Shown here in pieces: positions 50,798 to 60,773 of a DNA stretch of 64,000 nucleotides. Origin of the DNA: Nitrospirales bacterium (GTDB taxonomy: Bacteria > Nitrospirota > Nitrospiria > Nitrospirales > UBA8639); assembly GCA_963422365.1 (NCBI GenBank), contig OY729426.1:2080001-2144000 (forward strand), written 5' to 3'. The number at the start of each line of letters is the position of its first letter. Position 1 is the first letter of the stretch. The notes beneath the pieces were generated by a model. The model searched no databases. It was not told where the DNA came from and saw nothing but the letters and a program-made list of their open reading frames with translations. The translations under genes were made by a program, and so were the position numbers.

Positions 50798-52474
50798 TCA
50801 AAAAACGAGTGAGTCAGGTTGAATATAAAACACCAACACGAATCCGACCAGCACCATCGCCAGCAACGAAACCAGACCGGCGAGACGATTAAGGGGTGCT
50901 GGCAAGCGTATCTGTAGCCAGCGTGCACAGCCCATCAAAACGGCAAGGGCCCCAATCAAGACATGCGTGCTTTGAATAAGAAACTCTTGTTTTCGTTCCA
51001 TCAGCCCATGAGAGTGGGTCAACATGATCATGCCGCCAACGATACACAAAAGAGGAAATACAAATTGGAGGGACTTCCGACCTAATCGTGGTGTTCTCGA
51101 CAGCCACTCGGACCAACCCAACCCGAAGACAACCACCGCAGCGAACCAATGTTGGACGACCTCTGGATTTTGCAAGCTGGCAATAAACCCGATAGATCCC
51201 AACGGCCAATGATCCGGATTGGCAAAAACAAAAATCAGTGCGGATAATCCAAGAAACATGAGTGGCCACAATCGCGCGCATGCCAATCTTCCCAGTTGCT
51301 CAAACAGAGCCACAATGCCCATTGCGAGGATAATCATACCGGAAACGTTATGGTTAAACCGGTCCCAACTCATGTCTTCTTTTTTTCCTATTTCACCGGT
51401 CTTGAGATCAGTCAATTCCGGGGCATTGATCAAAATGCGTTCCGGGCCAAGAAGGTGAGGGAGTTTTGGATCATACATCATCCAGATTTCCGAGAATGTG
51501 ACGGTTTCCTTGTTAACATCAACCGAGGGAGGAAATCCTGCCAGAGAAACCGCCGTAAACAGCAAGACCCCGGCAAGAAGCGTTTCCACTTCAAGACAAG
51601 AAGGAACACGCGAAAACAAGCCTGTCCCCGACGCCTGTCTCTGACATGTCTTATCAGGGGTTTGTAATCGGGGATCATGCGCTTTGCCTGTAGCCCATTG
51701 CCTGGCAGACAGAAAGTTAACGGTAGCTAAAGCCAGCACGCAGACAAACAGCAGGATCTTGACCAAGAGCATGTTGCCGTATCCCGTACCGATCAATCCT
51801 GCCCAACTACCCACGTAATACCACCAGAGAAACACCCCCGGCCCAACGATGAGCCCCACGCATCCCAGCCCTAACGGTGAAAAACGTGCCACCATGGAGG
51901 ACCATCGGCTGGCATGCTTTTTCCGCATCACCCGCCAGAGCCACGTCATGTGGGCCACCCCACCCGCCCAGACCGTCGCTCCACACACATGAACCATAGT
52001 CGCCACCATTAATGATCCTTGATGTTCCAACCGACTGGCCGCATGACTCAGCCATACTTCATTCACCATGAACAAACCGGCCATGAGCAATACCACACCC
52101 CAAGGGAGTCGCCTGGAAACATCTCGCCTGACCCTTGACATCGACCAGGCCAGGCCTACGGCCAACAGGATACCTGATGCCCCAAATTGAAAAAGTCGCG
52201 TTTGCATAAAGGCTTGCAAGCCCAAGGGGCCCAGGACATCGCTCAACGCCGAGACTTTTAACGCCAACTGGAGGACACGTAATCCAGCCATGACACACAT
52301 GCTTAAGACACTCACCCTTAACAGCGCGTCGCTGACAGAATGGACAACGGGGTCCTGATCTTGAATCGGTCTCAGAACCACCAGCGTACATGTAATGCCT
52401 CCAAGGGATAATGACAAGGCAATAAGAGCCACGCCATCCAGCAACCCACTGGTGAATTCAAGAAGTTCCGTCAT
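50798..52474 (-). CDS. copD: Copper resistance protein CopD family (extended)
   Basis: SHAASR, HV.GATVWAGG, GTGYG..LLVK; multiple TM helices; adjacent to copC. Confidence 0.85.
   Translation of the reverse strand: MTELLEFTSGLLDGVALIALSLSLGGITCTLVVLRPIQDQDPVVHSVSDALLRVSVLSMCVMAGLRVLQLALKVSALSDVLGPLGLQAFMQTRLFQFGASGILLAVGLAWSMSRVRRDVSRRLPWGVVLLMAGLFMVNEVWLSHAASRLEHQGSLMVATMVHVCGATVWAGGVAHMTWLWRVMRKKHASRWSSMVARFSPLGLGCVGLIVGPGVFLWWYYVGSWAGLIGTGYGNMLLVKILLFVCVLALATVNFLSARQWATGKAHDPRLQTPDKTCQRQASGTGLFSRVPSCLEVETLLAGVLLFTAVSLAGFPPSVDVNKETVTFSEIWMMYDPKLPHLLGPERILINAPELTDLKTGEIGKKEDMSWDRFNHNVSGMIILAMGIVALFEQLGRLACARLWPLMFLGLSALIFVFANPDHWPLGSIGFIASLQNPEVVQHWFAAVVVFGLGWSEWLSRTPRLGRKSLQFVFPLLCIVGGMIMLTHSHGLMERKQEFLIQSTHVLIGALAVLMGCARWLQIRLPAPLNRLAGLVSLLAMVLVGFVLVFYIQPDSLVF
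51621..51674 (+). repeat. Two nested 27-bp CCTG-hairpin elements inserted in frame in copD
   Basis: Outer cctgtccccgacg...tttgtaatcgggga is split by inner cctgtctctgacatgtcttatcagggg (51634-51660). Confidence 0.75.
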
Positions 52475-52487
52475 GAAACGAGATTAT

Positions 52488-52919
52488 TTATTGGGTAATG
52501 ATGGTAAAACGAATGAAGCCTTTGGTCACGTGACCATCGGTCGCTAATACTTTGTACTCCACGTTGTAGACACCTGGTTGTAACGGTGGAATTTTTGCCA
52601 CAATCGTATCCACTGTTGAAGCATTCGTGACGCCTAGCGGAGTGCAGACTTCGTGCAAATCAACAAGGTTCACTTGAGTAATGGAAGGTTCGAGGGTAGC
52701 ATTGAAATGCAAGACAACCCGGTTGGGGCTAGCTTGTAAAACAGACCCATGTATCGGGAAAGATTCCAGCAAGACTCCATGAGACCACACCATTTGAGAA
52801 AGGACCAGGCACAGCACGAGGGCACACGGCACAAGGCTCAGGCTACGACAGCGGTTCCGAGAGGCGACAGGCAACTTCGACACCATTGAGCGAAAGATGG
52901 TCAATTGTGAACCATGCAA
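52488..52919 (-). CDS. copC: Copper resistance protein CopC
   Basis: Mature N-terminal His (SHGVLLESFP), LQPGVYNVEYKVLATDGHVTKG; true start may be downstream. Confidence 0.9.
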   Translation of the reverse strand: MHGSQLTIFRSMVSKLPVASRNRCRSLSLVPCALVLCLVLSQMVWSHGVLLESFPIHGSVLQASPNRVVLHFNATLEPSITQVNLVDLHEVCTPLGVTNASTVDTIVAKIPPLQPGVYNVEYKVLATDGHVTKGFIRFTIITQ

Positions 52920-53109
52920 AGCGAAGAGTACTCAAGGGGATCATAAGATTTCAAGACAAGAAATCATCGGATTCCAGACATGGCATTGACCGTTCATCTG
53001 CTACACCGTGTTCCCGTTTTCTCGACTGGCAGGATGGTGAAAAAGGGCAACCCGTATCTGCCGCAGTGCGGGTTGCCCAGGCAAAGAAATAGTTGGTCAA
53101 TCATCGACG

Positions 53110-54129
53110 ATGAGGCATGCCATGTTTCAAAAAATCGCGGCGGTCTTTTGCTTTGTTTCAGGGATGTGCCTACTCACCCATTCCCTGCTTTTGGCAAATA
53201 CATCGGATTTTGCCGAAATTGTGAACGAAGCCAAGCACGGGACTGTGGGCATTCTCAAACAGACTGACGCGCAATCGACTTCACCCAACCGGAGTTCTTT
53301 GTCCGTGAGGGGGTCCGGAATCTATCTGGGAGATGGGTATGTTTTGACCGCCCGTCATGCCACGACGCACCTGGGAGCAGGGGAACACGTCGATCCCCTT
53401 CAGATCTCCGTTATTTCAAGCACGCTGGAAGAATTATCTGCCACGTTAGTCGGTGTCAATCAATTTTTGGACATCGCCCTGTATCGCATCCCCCAAGAAA
53501 TGCGACCTCACGGTCTCTCTGCCAGAACATTCAGTCAGGCTGAGGCATTACCGGGAGAACGGGTATTCACCGTAGGCTACCCGCTGGGTTGGGGGCCAGC
53601 CATGAGCTACGGATACATTGGCAATCCCCATACGTTTTTGCAAACGATTCAATCACGTCTCTTGCAAGTCGACCTTTCAGCCTGTCGTGGCAATTCCGGC
53701 GGAGGATTGTTTAATGCACAAGGAGAAATCGTCGGAGTCGTCCACGCGATCATTCAAACTGAAACGACCCAGGGAGAACGTCGTTGCAGCCGATTTGCCT
53801 TTGCCGTCCCGGGCCCTTTAGTGCACAAAATCGTGACGGCTCTCATACAGGGCAAACCAGTCCACTTTTCAAAACTCGGACTGCAACTCACCGCTGTTAA
53901 AATCGGAAAGCAATGGCACATGGCCGTGGCGCAAGCAATGGGGCCGGCACGACGGGCAGGCTTCAAAAAAGGGGACATTCTTTTGTCTATTGACAATCAG
54001 CGAGTTGACTCGGCAAGCCAATTAAAAAACTATTTGATCGAACAGACACGACCCTTTCAGTCTGTCAGCATTCGAATCCTGCGGGATCATAAAGAAAAAT
54101 TGATACGAGTGATTCTAGGGAAAGCCTAA
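53110..54129 (+). CDS. S1C (HtrA-like) serine protease with PDZ domain
   Basis: GSG, LTARH, DIAL, GNSGG catalytic motifs; C-terminal PDZ (AGFKKGDILLSID). Confidence 0.88.
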   Translation: MRHAMFQKIAAVFCFVSGMCLLTHSLLLANTSDFAEIVNEAKHGTVGILKQTDAQSTSPNRSSLSVRGSGIYLGDGYVLTARHATTHLGAGEHVDPLQISVISSTLEELSATLVGVNQFLDIALYRIPQEMRPHGLSARTFSQAEALPGERVFTVGYPLGWGPAMSYGYIGNPHTFLQTIQSRLLQVDLSACRGNSGGGLFNAQGEIVGVVHAIIQTETTQGERRCSRFAFAVPGPLVHKIVTALIQGKPVHFSKLGLQLTAVKIGKQWHMAVAQAMGPARRAGFKKGDILLSIDNQRVDSASQLKNYLIEQTRPFQSVSIRILRDHKEKLIRVILGKA

Positions 54130-54264
54130 GAGAAACGGCCTCTTTGTCCCCCATGCAACCTTTGCGTCGTACGCGCTCCAGCAGGTATCATACAACACGA
54201 TTCGATGCAATCAGAACGAAGCGAATGAGAAAGTGACTGCATCCAGTTTCCGGCCTCAACGGAC

Positions 54265-55179
54265 ATGGCAATGGCAAAGCGTCGTCAATCGCAAAAAGCT
54301 GTCAGTCAGGGAAGTGCTCAGCGTATTTCGCACTCTCCTTCAACTCGCGCGTCGAACCCGAATGCCCCTCTCACCATCGCCCTGCTTGTGCTGACCCTCT
54401 CCGGAATTTTCTTGACGACATACCTCAGTTACGTCGCCTCGTTTGGGACACACCCTGCCTTCTGCAGCGAGGGCTCCGGATGCGATCTGGTCCAAAGCAG
54501 TCGTTGGGCGACTTTTCTGGGAGTACCGATGGCCATGTGGGGCTTATTCACCTACCTTGTGATGGCAACACTAGCTTGGCGTGCCAGGACAAAACCCAAG
54601 AATTGGACGCCCTTGTTATTCATCGCGGTTGGCGGATTTGCCATCAGTGCCTATCTGACCGTGATCTCAGTCGTGGAAATCAAAGCGACCTGTTCCTACT
54701 GTCTTGCCTCATTTTCCATCATCACGACCATCATGATTCTCACCTTCGTGCAACAACCTCCCGACTGGTCAACGTCATTGAAAGAAGCGAGTGTAGTCGC
54801 CGTACTGATCATCGGCGGGCTTCATATCCACTATAGCGGGGTGTTCGACGAAACAGCCGGTCCCGAAGACCCACAACTGCAGGCCTTGGCTATCCATCTG
54901 ACCGACACAGGAGCCAAGTTCTATGGCGCCTCTTGGTGTCCCCGCTGCCAAGAGCAGAAAGCACTGTTCAAGGCGTCCGTAAAACGGCTACCCTATGTTG
55001 AGTGTAGTTCCGGTGGTCGCGGCAGTGTCCGCACGGCACCGTGTGTCGCAAATAACATTCGTAGCTATCCAACCTGGATCATCGACGACCAACGCTACAC
55101 CGGCTTACAGACCCCTCGGGCACTCGCCGGGACCTCTGGCTTCACCTGGAAGGAGTCAAAAAGAGGATCGCCACCTTGA
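54265..55179 (+). CDS. Vitamin K epoxide reductase (VKOR)-thioredoxin fusion
   Basis: C..GSGCDLVQSSRWA loop, TM CSYC, C-terminal YGASWCPRC...SYPTW thioredoxin domain. Confidence 0.92.
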   Translation: MAMAKRRQSQKAVSQGSAQRISHSPSTRASNPNAPLTIALLVLTLSGIFLTTYLSYVASFGTHPAFCSEGSGCDLVQSSRWATFLGVPMAMWGLFTYLVMATLAWRARTKPKNWTPLLFIAVGGFAISAYLTVISVVEIKATCSYCLASFSIITTIMILTFVQQPPDWSTSLKEASVVAVLIIGGLHIHYSGVFDETAGPEDPQLQALAIHLTDTGAKFYGASWCPRCQEQKALFKASVKRLPYVECSSGGRGSVRTAPCVANNIRSYPTWIIDDQRYTGLQTPRALAGTSGFTWKESKRGSPP

Positions 55180-55308
55180 AGTAAAAGAGTAGCCCGAATC
55201 TTAAGAGAAGATCTTCGGCAGGCAGACCTCAATGCGGTTTCTCTCTGTCACCTCTTTGTCCTGATACTCAGTCGACGATAGCCCACCATCATCAGACAAC
55301 TCAGGTGG

Positions 55309-56259
55309 TTACGTTCCATACTCACGATCTCGGCCATGAGGAGCCGTGAGGTCTTGGATGGGACCAATGGGGACGATCCGAGTCGGATTCAGATCATCAT
55401 GCGTCATGTAATAATGCCGCTTGATATGATCAAAGTTCACGGTTTCCGCAATGCTGGCATACTGATAGAGATCCTTGAGATACCCGAACAAATTCGGATA
55501 CTCGCTAATCCGTCGAAGGTTGCATTTGAAATGTCCATAATAGACCGCATCAAACCGAATGAGGGTGACGAACAAACGCCAATCAGTTTCCAACGGGGCA
55601 TCTCCGAATAAATACCGTTGCAGGGCCAACCGAACCTCCAGGGCATCCAAGGCTTCGAACAACAGATGGATCGCCTGTTTATAGACTTTTTGTGACGTCG
55701 CAAACCCTGCCCGATACACGCCGTCATTGACGTTTTCATAAATATAGTGATTGAGGTGATCGATTTCTTGGTGACGATCTTCAGGATACAAATCAACGTC
55801 ATTGGTTGTGAAGTTGTTAAACGAGCGATTGAACATCCTCATCAAATCGTCATCCGCATTGCTCACAATCCGTTTGCTGACCGTATCCCACAACACAGGC
55901 ACCGTGACTCGTTGGTTATAGTGGGAATCCGTCACGGTATAGGTTTCACTGAGAAACGAAAATCCGTTAATCGGATCGAATGAATGCCCCTGCCCTTCTC
56001 GAAAAGCCCAACCGCGGTCATCGCGAAGAGGATCCACTACGGTCATCCCAATCACGTCTTCTAACTTCTTGAGTTTTCGGACAATGATCGTTCGATGAGC
56101 CCATGGACAGGCGAAAGACACATACAGATGATACCGCCCTTTTTCCGCAAGATACCCAGAACTGCCATCTTCACTCACCCACTCACGGAAGGCGTCCTCT
56201 TGGCGGGAAAACGCGCCTTCCGGAGTTTGTTCTTTAGGGAACTGTGGATCAATGGTCAT
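55309..56259 (-). CDS. Glutathionyl-hydroquinone reductase (GST Xi class, YqjG-like)
   Basis: RYHLYVSFACPWAHR, TVPVLWD, GVYRAGFA, RFDAVYYGHFKCN, HIKRHYY. Confidence 0.93.
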   Translation of the reverse strand: MTIDPQFPKEQTPEGAFSRQEDAFREWVSEDGSSGYLAEKGRYHLYVSFACPWAHRTIIVRKLKKLEDVIGMTVVDPLRDDRGWAFREGQGHSFDPINGFSFLSETYTVTDSHYNQRVTVPVLWDTVSKRIVSNADDDLMRMFNRSFNNFTTNDVDLYPEDRHQEIDHLNHYIYENVNDGVYRAGFATSQKVYKQAIHLLFEALDALEVRLALQRYLFGDAPLETDWRLFVTLIRFDAVYYGHFKCNLRRISEYPNLFGYLKDLYQYASIAETVNFDHIKRHYYMTHDDLNPTRIVPIGPIQDLTAPHGRDREYGT

Positions 56260-56462
56260 GCATTCCTTCCTCGAGGGCAAACGCTTTGTGCCCAGGAGCA
56301 CTATCATAAAAGGCAGGGCCTCCTCCGAACAACTTGATGCATGATTCCGACATTCGCCGCGAAAGAATCGGCGGCGCAGCAGACTGAGGGTGAAAATCCT
56401 GGCTGGATTAGTGTAAGCTGGTCAGTCACGAGCCACAATGAGCGGAGAACGAAAAACCTCAT

Positions 56463-57110
56463 ATGGAATTTAACGAAAAACCCATTCAAGCCAAACAAAA
56501 AATGGCTCAGCACCGCCGTGAGATCTCAGGGCGCGAAGTTGACGAGGCGTATCAAGATGATCGAGTCCCGCCAGGACAGCATATCGTCAATAATTGGCCC
56601 GTGCTGGACATTGGTCGAAAACCTCATGTTTCACTTGAGGAATGGAGGCTCGCGGTGGATGGGTTGGTTGAGCATCCCCTCACGTGGACCTGGAAAGATT
56701 ATCACGCTCAGCCACAGCAGCCGTTTACATCCAATTTCCATTGCGTGACCTCCTGGAGCCAGCTTGATATGGAATGGGTCGGGGTGAGTTTTCGGCATCT
56801 ACTCAGCCTGGTACACCCCAAGCCGGAAGCCAAATATGTGCTCTTTGAGTCGTATGACGACTATACGACCAACTTGCCTCTTTCGGTCTGCGACGACGAG
56901 GATGTCTTTCTTGTCCATTCCTGGAATCACAGGCCGCTGTGGAAAGATCATGGGGGACCGGTTCGCATGATTATCCCCAAACGGTATGCATGGAAGGGGG
57001 CCAAATGGATCAGAACCATCACCTTCGTGGAAAAAGACCAAAAAGGGTTCTGGGAAGTACGCGGTTATTCCAACACCGCCTTGCCGTGGGAGAATGATCG
57101 GTATGGATGA
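56463..57110 (+). CDS. Sulfite-oxidase-like molybdopterin oxidoreductase
   Basis: RVPPGQ, FHCVTSWS, YTTNLPL, HGGPVR...YAWKGAKW, GFWEVRGY. Confidence 0.9.
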   Translation: MEFNEKPIQAKQKMAQHRREISGREVDEAYQDDRVPPGQHIVNNWPVLDIGRKPHVSLEEWRLAVDGLVEHPLTWTWKDYHAQPQQPFTSNFHCVTSWSQLDMEWVGVSFRHLLSLVHPKPEAKYVLFESYDDYTTNLPLSVCDDEDVFLVHSWNHRPLWKDHGGPVRMIIPKRYAWKGAKWIRTITFVEKDQKGFWEVRGYSNTALPWENDRYG

Positions 57111-57173
57111 TCGATTGTTGTGACCGTTCCTCTCTAGCCCCTACCCTTTTTCCCTTCCGATTCCTCTTATCGA

Positions 57174-57861
57174 ATGACACCTCCACCTCCTTCACCATCA
57201 CCAAAATTGAACTCTGGCCGCTGGATCTTCCCATCAGCGATCCCTTTGTTGTCACGGGCCAACTCCAAATTGCGCAAAATGCCTTCGTACGGCTTACCCT
57301 TCATGATAGCACCATCGGGTATGGCGAGGATCGCCATTTCCCGCCATCACTGGTGAAGATCGTGAGAGCAGTCTGCTGAAGGCCCAAATATTGGGAATTA
57401 TAAGCATGAGGTGACAATCAGCCTCGACTAAATAAAAGTGGGCTATGATGGACGAAGATATTCGACGATTAGAAGCTCTTCATCGTCATCATGCCGATGT
57501 GGCGTTCTTGATCGATCCCAATCAAGGACACACGCGCGAGGAAGCCGCAACCTTCATAAAAGGCATTGACCGGTTTGGCAAAACTCTTCTCCTCGAACAA
57601 CCGCTGGCCAAGGATGATCTTGAAGGCCATGCTAAACTCCAACTCGATTTCCACCTTCCTATTGCCACAGATGAATCGGCACAATCTCTTCACGATCTCC
57701 AAACCATGATTCAGCACCATGCGGCTGGCTACGTCAATATTAAAATTACCAAAAGCGGCTTGGCGGAATGGATCGCCATGGCAACCATTGCAAAAGCTGC
57801 CGGGTCTTCACGTGATGCTTGGCGGAATGGTGGAAACCCGGACGTCATCCTTGTATCTTAG
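57174..57861 (+). pseudogene. Dipeptide (L-Ala-D/L-Glu) epimerase, enolase superfamily, pseudogene
   Basis: N-terminal LDLPISDPFVV...VRLTL..GYGE fragment and core KIKVG / IDPNQG / EQP / DES / NIKITKSG fragments in different frames; the middle and C-terminus are missing. Confidence 0.8.
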
Positions 57862-57961
57862 AATAGAAAAGCTGAAAGGGCATAGTGCTTCATCTCTTTC
57901 ACCTTTCGATTCAACAGAAGGACAACGTGACTAGATGGTTGGAGTCAACTCTATTGCCCTC

Positions 57962-59032
57962 TTACTCGTGGGCAGGGCCCAGGGCGCCAAGGTAGGGAAA
58001 CTCACCGACGTGTAGGAGGGGGGAATTGGCTTGCAGCCGGTAATCTCCACGATGCGGCGCGACAAAGTGGGGAGAGACATAGACATCTGAAAAGGTATGG
58101 GGTTCGAATGGAGCTAATACGGAGTGGCCATCGACTTGATACTTGACCCCCATCGTATTCAGCCCATTATGCGCAATGGTCACGGTATTCTTGGCTGACC
58201 ACGCAATCCCCACTCTGGCTTCGTCAATAATATTGCCTGCAACCCTCCCCGTTGCCTCGTCTTGAAACTTGACGCCTCCCCCATTCTTTACAAGGGTATT
58301 CTGAATCAGGGTCGCTTTCCCTTGATCCGCCACCAGGACTCCTTCGAACAAGCTTCGCGTAATGATGTTCCGTTCCAGATGCACGATTGACGTTCCCCCA
58401 ACCGACACGCCATGGTCATTATCGTGGATCAGATTGCCGATCAGCTTGGCTTGAGAATCCGCAAACGCAATGCCCGTGGTTTCGCTGCCACTCACAACGC
58501 AATTCTCAATATGCACATCCCGGACTTGTTGCCCAAAAACAAAACCATTGACTGTGAGGTTCTTTAGGGTCACGCCTTCACCGTTAAAAATACCAACCCC
58601 TAGTCCGCCATGTTGTTGAACGGTCAATCCACGAATTTCTACATTCTTGGCCCCATAGGGCCATTTTCCAATATGCAAGGTCCCCACACGCTTTAATCCT
58701 GCGATAAAAACTTTTTCTTGACCTTCCCCAATCACCTTGAGTCCTTCTTTACTGTGTACCGTGACGTCCTCGGCATAGCGCCCTGCTTTAATAAAGATGG
58801 TATCCCCATTTTGCGCGTGATCGATTGCCTCCTGAATGGATAGAAAGTGGCCGGACCCATCCAAGGCTACAGACCAGGTTGACCCTGTGTCGGACGTTCT
58901 TTCACGAGACCCGCTGAGCTCTTGAGCAAGCACCATGCTTACGCCAAGCAACGCACTCACCGCACCGATGGCAAGAATGGGTTTCATCCAATCCCTTGGC
59001 ATCCAGGGTCTGTTCCTCATTGGTGACTTCAT
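57962..59032 (-). CDS. Secreted right-handed parallel beta-helix protein (NosD/pectin-lyase-like)
   Basis: SIQEAIDHA..GDTIFIKAGRY, repeated N.I..N..G strands, GDYRLQANSP tail. Confidence 0.85.
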   Translation of the reverse strand: MKSPMRNRPWMPRDWMKPILAIGAVSALLGVSMVLAQELSGSRERTSDTGSTWSVALDGSGHFLSIQEAIDHAQNGDTIFIKAGRYAEDVTVHSKEGLKVIGEGQEKVFIAGLKRVGTLHIGKWPYGAKNVEIRGLTVQQHGGLGVGIFNGEGVTLKNLTVNGFVFGQQVRDVHIENCVVSGSETTGIAFADSQAKLIGNLIHDNDHGVSVGGTSIVHLERNIITRSLFEGVLVADQGKATLIQNTLVKNGGGVKFQDEATGRVAGNIIDEARVGIAWSAKNTVTIAHNGLNTMGVKYQVDGHSVLAPFEPHTFSDVYVSPHFVAPHRGDYRLQANSPLLHVGEFPYLGALGPAHE

Positions 59033-59178
59033 TCCATATTCTTCTGTATCTTGCTGTATCTAGGACTATTTATTGAACCCACAGGGGACATACAGGAAGT
59101 GCCTTGTCTTGGTCAAGCTTGCGGCCTTCCATCCACGACTTTCGGAGATCGGTAAAATTTTCTATACTAGGAAATGTC

Positions 59179-59823
59179 ATGGTACTGGTAGGCTTAACAG
59201 GAGGGCTCGCTTCTGGAAAAACGACGGTGGCAGGCCTGTTTCAGGAATGCGGCGCATTCGTCATTCAGGCCGATGAATTAGCCCGCACCGTGGTGGCACC
59301 GGGTAAACCCGCCTGTCAAGAGATTGTCAACACATTTGGGACTCACGTCCTTCAAGCCGATCGCACGCTGAATCGAGGCACCTTAGCTAAACTGGTTTTT
59401 CATAATCCTCGAAAATTGTCGGCCCTTAATCGCCTCGTGCATCCTCGCGTTGCACGTGAACAAGTTCGGCAAACCAACGCCATCGCAAGACGACATCCGA
59501 ATGCCGTGATCATTTACGATGCAGCGCTCTTGATTGAAGCCCAGGCACATGAACGAATGGATCGCGTCCTGTTGGTGACAGCCAATCAGACGACACAACT
59601 TCAACGGGCTCGGCAACGAGATGGCCTGACCCAAAAAGAGGCATTGGGACGAATTCGTGGGCAACTGCCCTTGCGCACCAAGCGTCGATTTGCGGATTAT
59701 GTCTTGAATGGCATGTTGCCGATTTCTCAGCTCAGGCTACAGGTGCGACAGATCTATCAAGAACTGCGTCAAGAGGCTGTCTTGCCGCACCGGACACAAC
59801 CAAGCAGGCCACGTCACGCCTAA
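59179..59823 (+). CDS. coaE: Dephospho-CoA kinase
   Basis: VGLTGGLASGKTTV, ADELAR, LNRLVHPRV, LLIE. Confidence 0.95.
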   Translation: MVLVGLTGGLASGKTTVAGLFQECGAFVIQADELARTVVAPGKPACQEIVNTFGTHVLQADRTLNRGTLAKLVFHNPRKLSALNRLVHPRVAREQVRQTNAIARRHPNAVIIYDAALLIEAQAHERMDRVLLVTANQTTQLQRARQRDGLTQKEALGRIRGQLPLRTKRRFADYVLNGMLPISQLRLQVRQIYQELRQEAVLPHRTQPSRPRHA

Positions 59824-59840
59824 CTATTTTCACTTGCCTC

Positions 59841-60773
59841 ATGAAGGATACCGTTATGCACCATGTTGTCATTATTGGATCGGGCCCTGCAGGACTTACG
59901 GCTGCTATTTACACGGCTCGGGCCAATCTCTCTCCGCTCATGATTGAAGGTTCGCAAGCCGGCGGGCAACTCACGTTAACGACTGACGTTGAAAATTTTC
60001 CCGGCTTCCCCACGGGCATCATGGGGCCGCAATTAATTCAAGATATGCGTGTCCAAGCAGAACGATTCGGCACGATGTTTCAGGCGGCTGACGTGACCAA
60101 TGTCGACCTCAGCCACCGACCCTTTGTTTTAACGATTAATGATGAAGACACGATTGACGCCCAATCGCTGATTATTTCTACCGGCGCTTCGGCAAACCTC
60201 TTGGGACTGGACTCGGAAAGTCGACTCCTCGGGCACGGAGTTTCGACGTGTGCCACCTGCGACGGGTTTTTCTTTCGGGGTCAGCCTATTGCCGTCATCG
60301 GAGGCGGCGACAGCGCAATGGAGGAAGCCACGTTTTTGACGAAATTCGCTGACCACGTGACCATCATTCATCGTCGAGACAAACTTCGGGCGTCAAAGAT
60401 CATGCAAGACAAGGCCATGACCAATGAAAAAATTTCGTTCCGTTGGAATTCGGTGGTGGAAGACGTGCTGGGCGATGGCGTGGTCACAGGGCTTCGCCTT
60501 CGGGATAGCGTCACCAATGACACGGAGACTCTGGACTGCACAGGGGTGTTTGTGGCAATCGGGCATACGCCCAATACGCATATTTTCAGGGGACAAATCG
60601 AGATGGATGCCAACGGCTACATTCGAACATCACATGGTACGGCAACGAATGTCCCCGGCATCTTCGCTGCCGGGGATGTCCAGGACCCTCACTATCGACA
60701 AGCGATCACGGCCGCCGGCACCGGATGCATGGCCGCAATGGATGCCGAACGGTTTTTGGAGGCCGAAGGGTAA
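59841..60773 (+). CDS. trxB: Thioredoxin reductase
   Basis: IIGSGPAG, VENFPGF, CATCDG, GGGDSA, FAAGDV.D..YRQA. Confidence 0.98.
   Translation: MKDTVMHHVVIIGSGPAGLTAAIYTARANLSPLMIEGSQAGGQLTLTTDVENFPGFPTGIMGPQLIQDMRVQAERFGTMFQAADVTNVDLSHRPFVLTINDEDTIDAQSLIISTGASANLLGLDSESRLLGHGVSTCATCDGFFFRGQPIAVIGGGDSAMEEATFLTKFADHVTIIHRRDKLRASKIMQDKAMTNEKISFRWNSVVEDVLGDGVVTGLRLRDSVTNDTETLDCTGVFVAIGHTPNTHIFRGQIEMDANGYIRTSHGTATNVPGIFAAGDVQDPHYRQAITAAGTGCMAAMDAERFLEAEG

Noticed and set aside
60725..60772. N-terminal extensions given by the ORF track (thiI; also gatA, gatC, coaE, rph)
   Set aside because: They overlap neighbouring genes or precede the conserved N-termini; downstream starts fit better.
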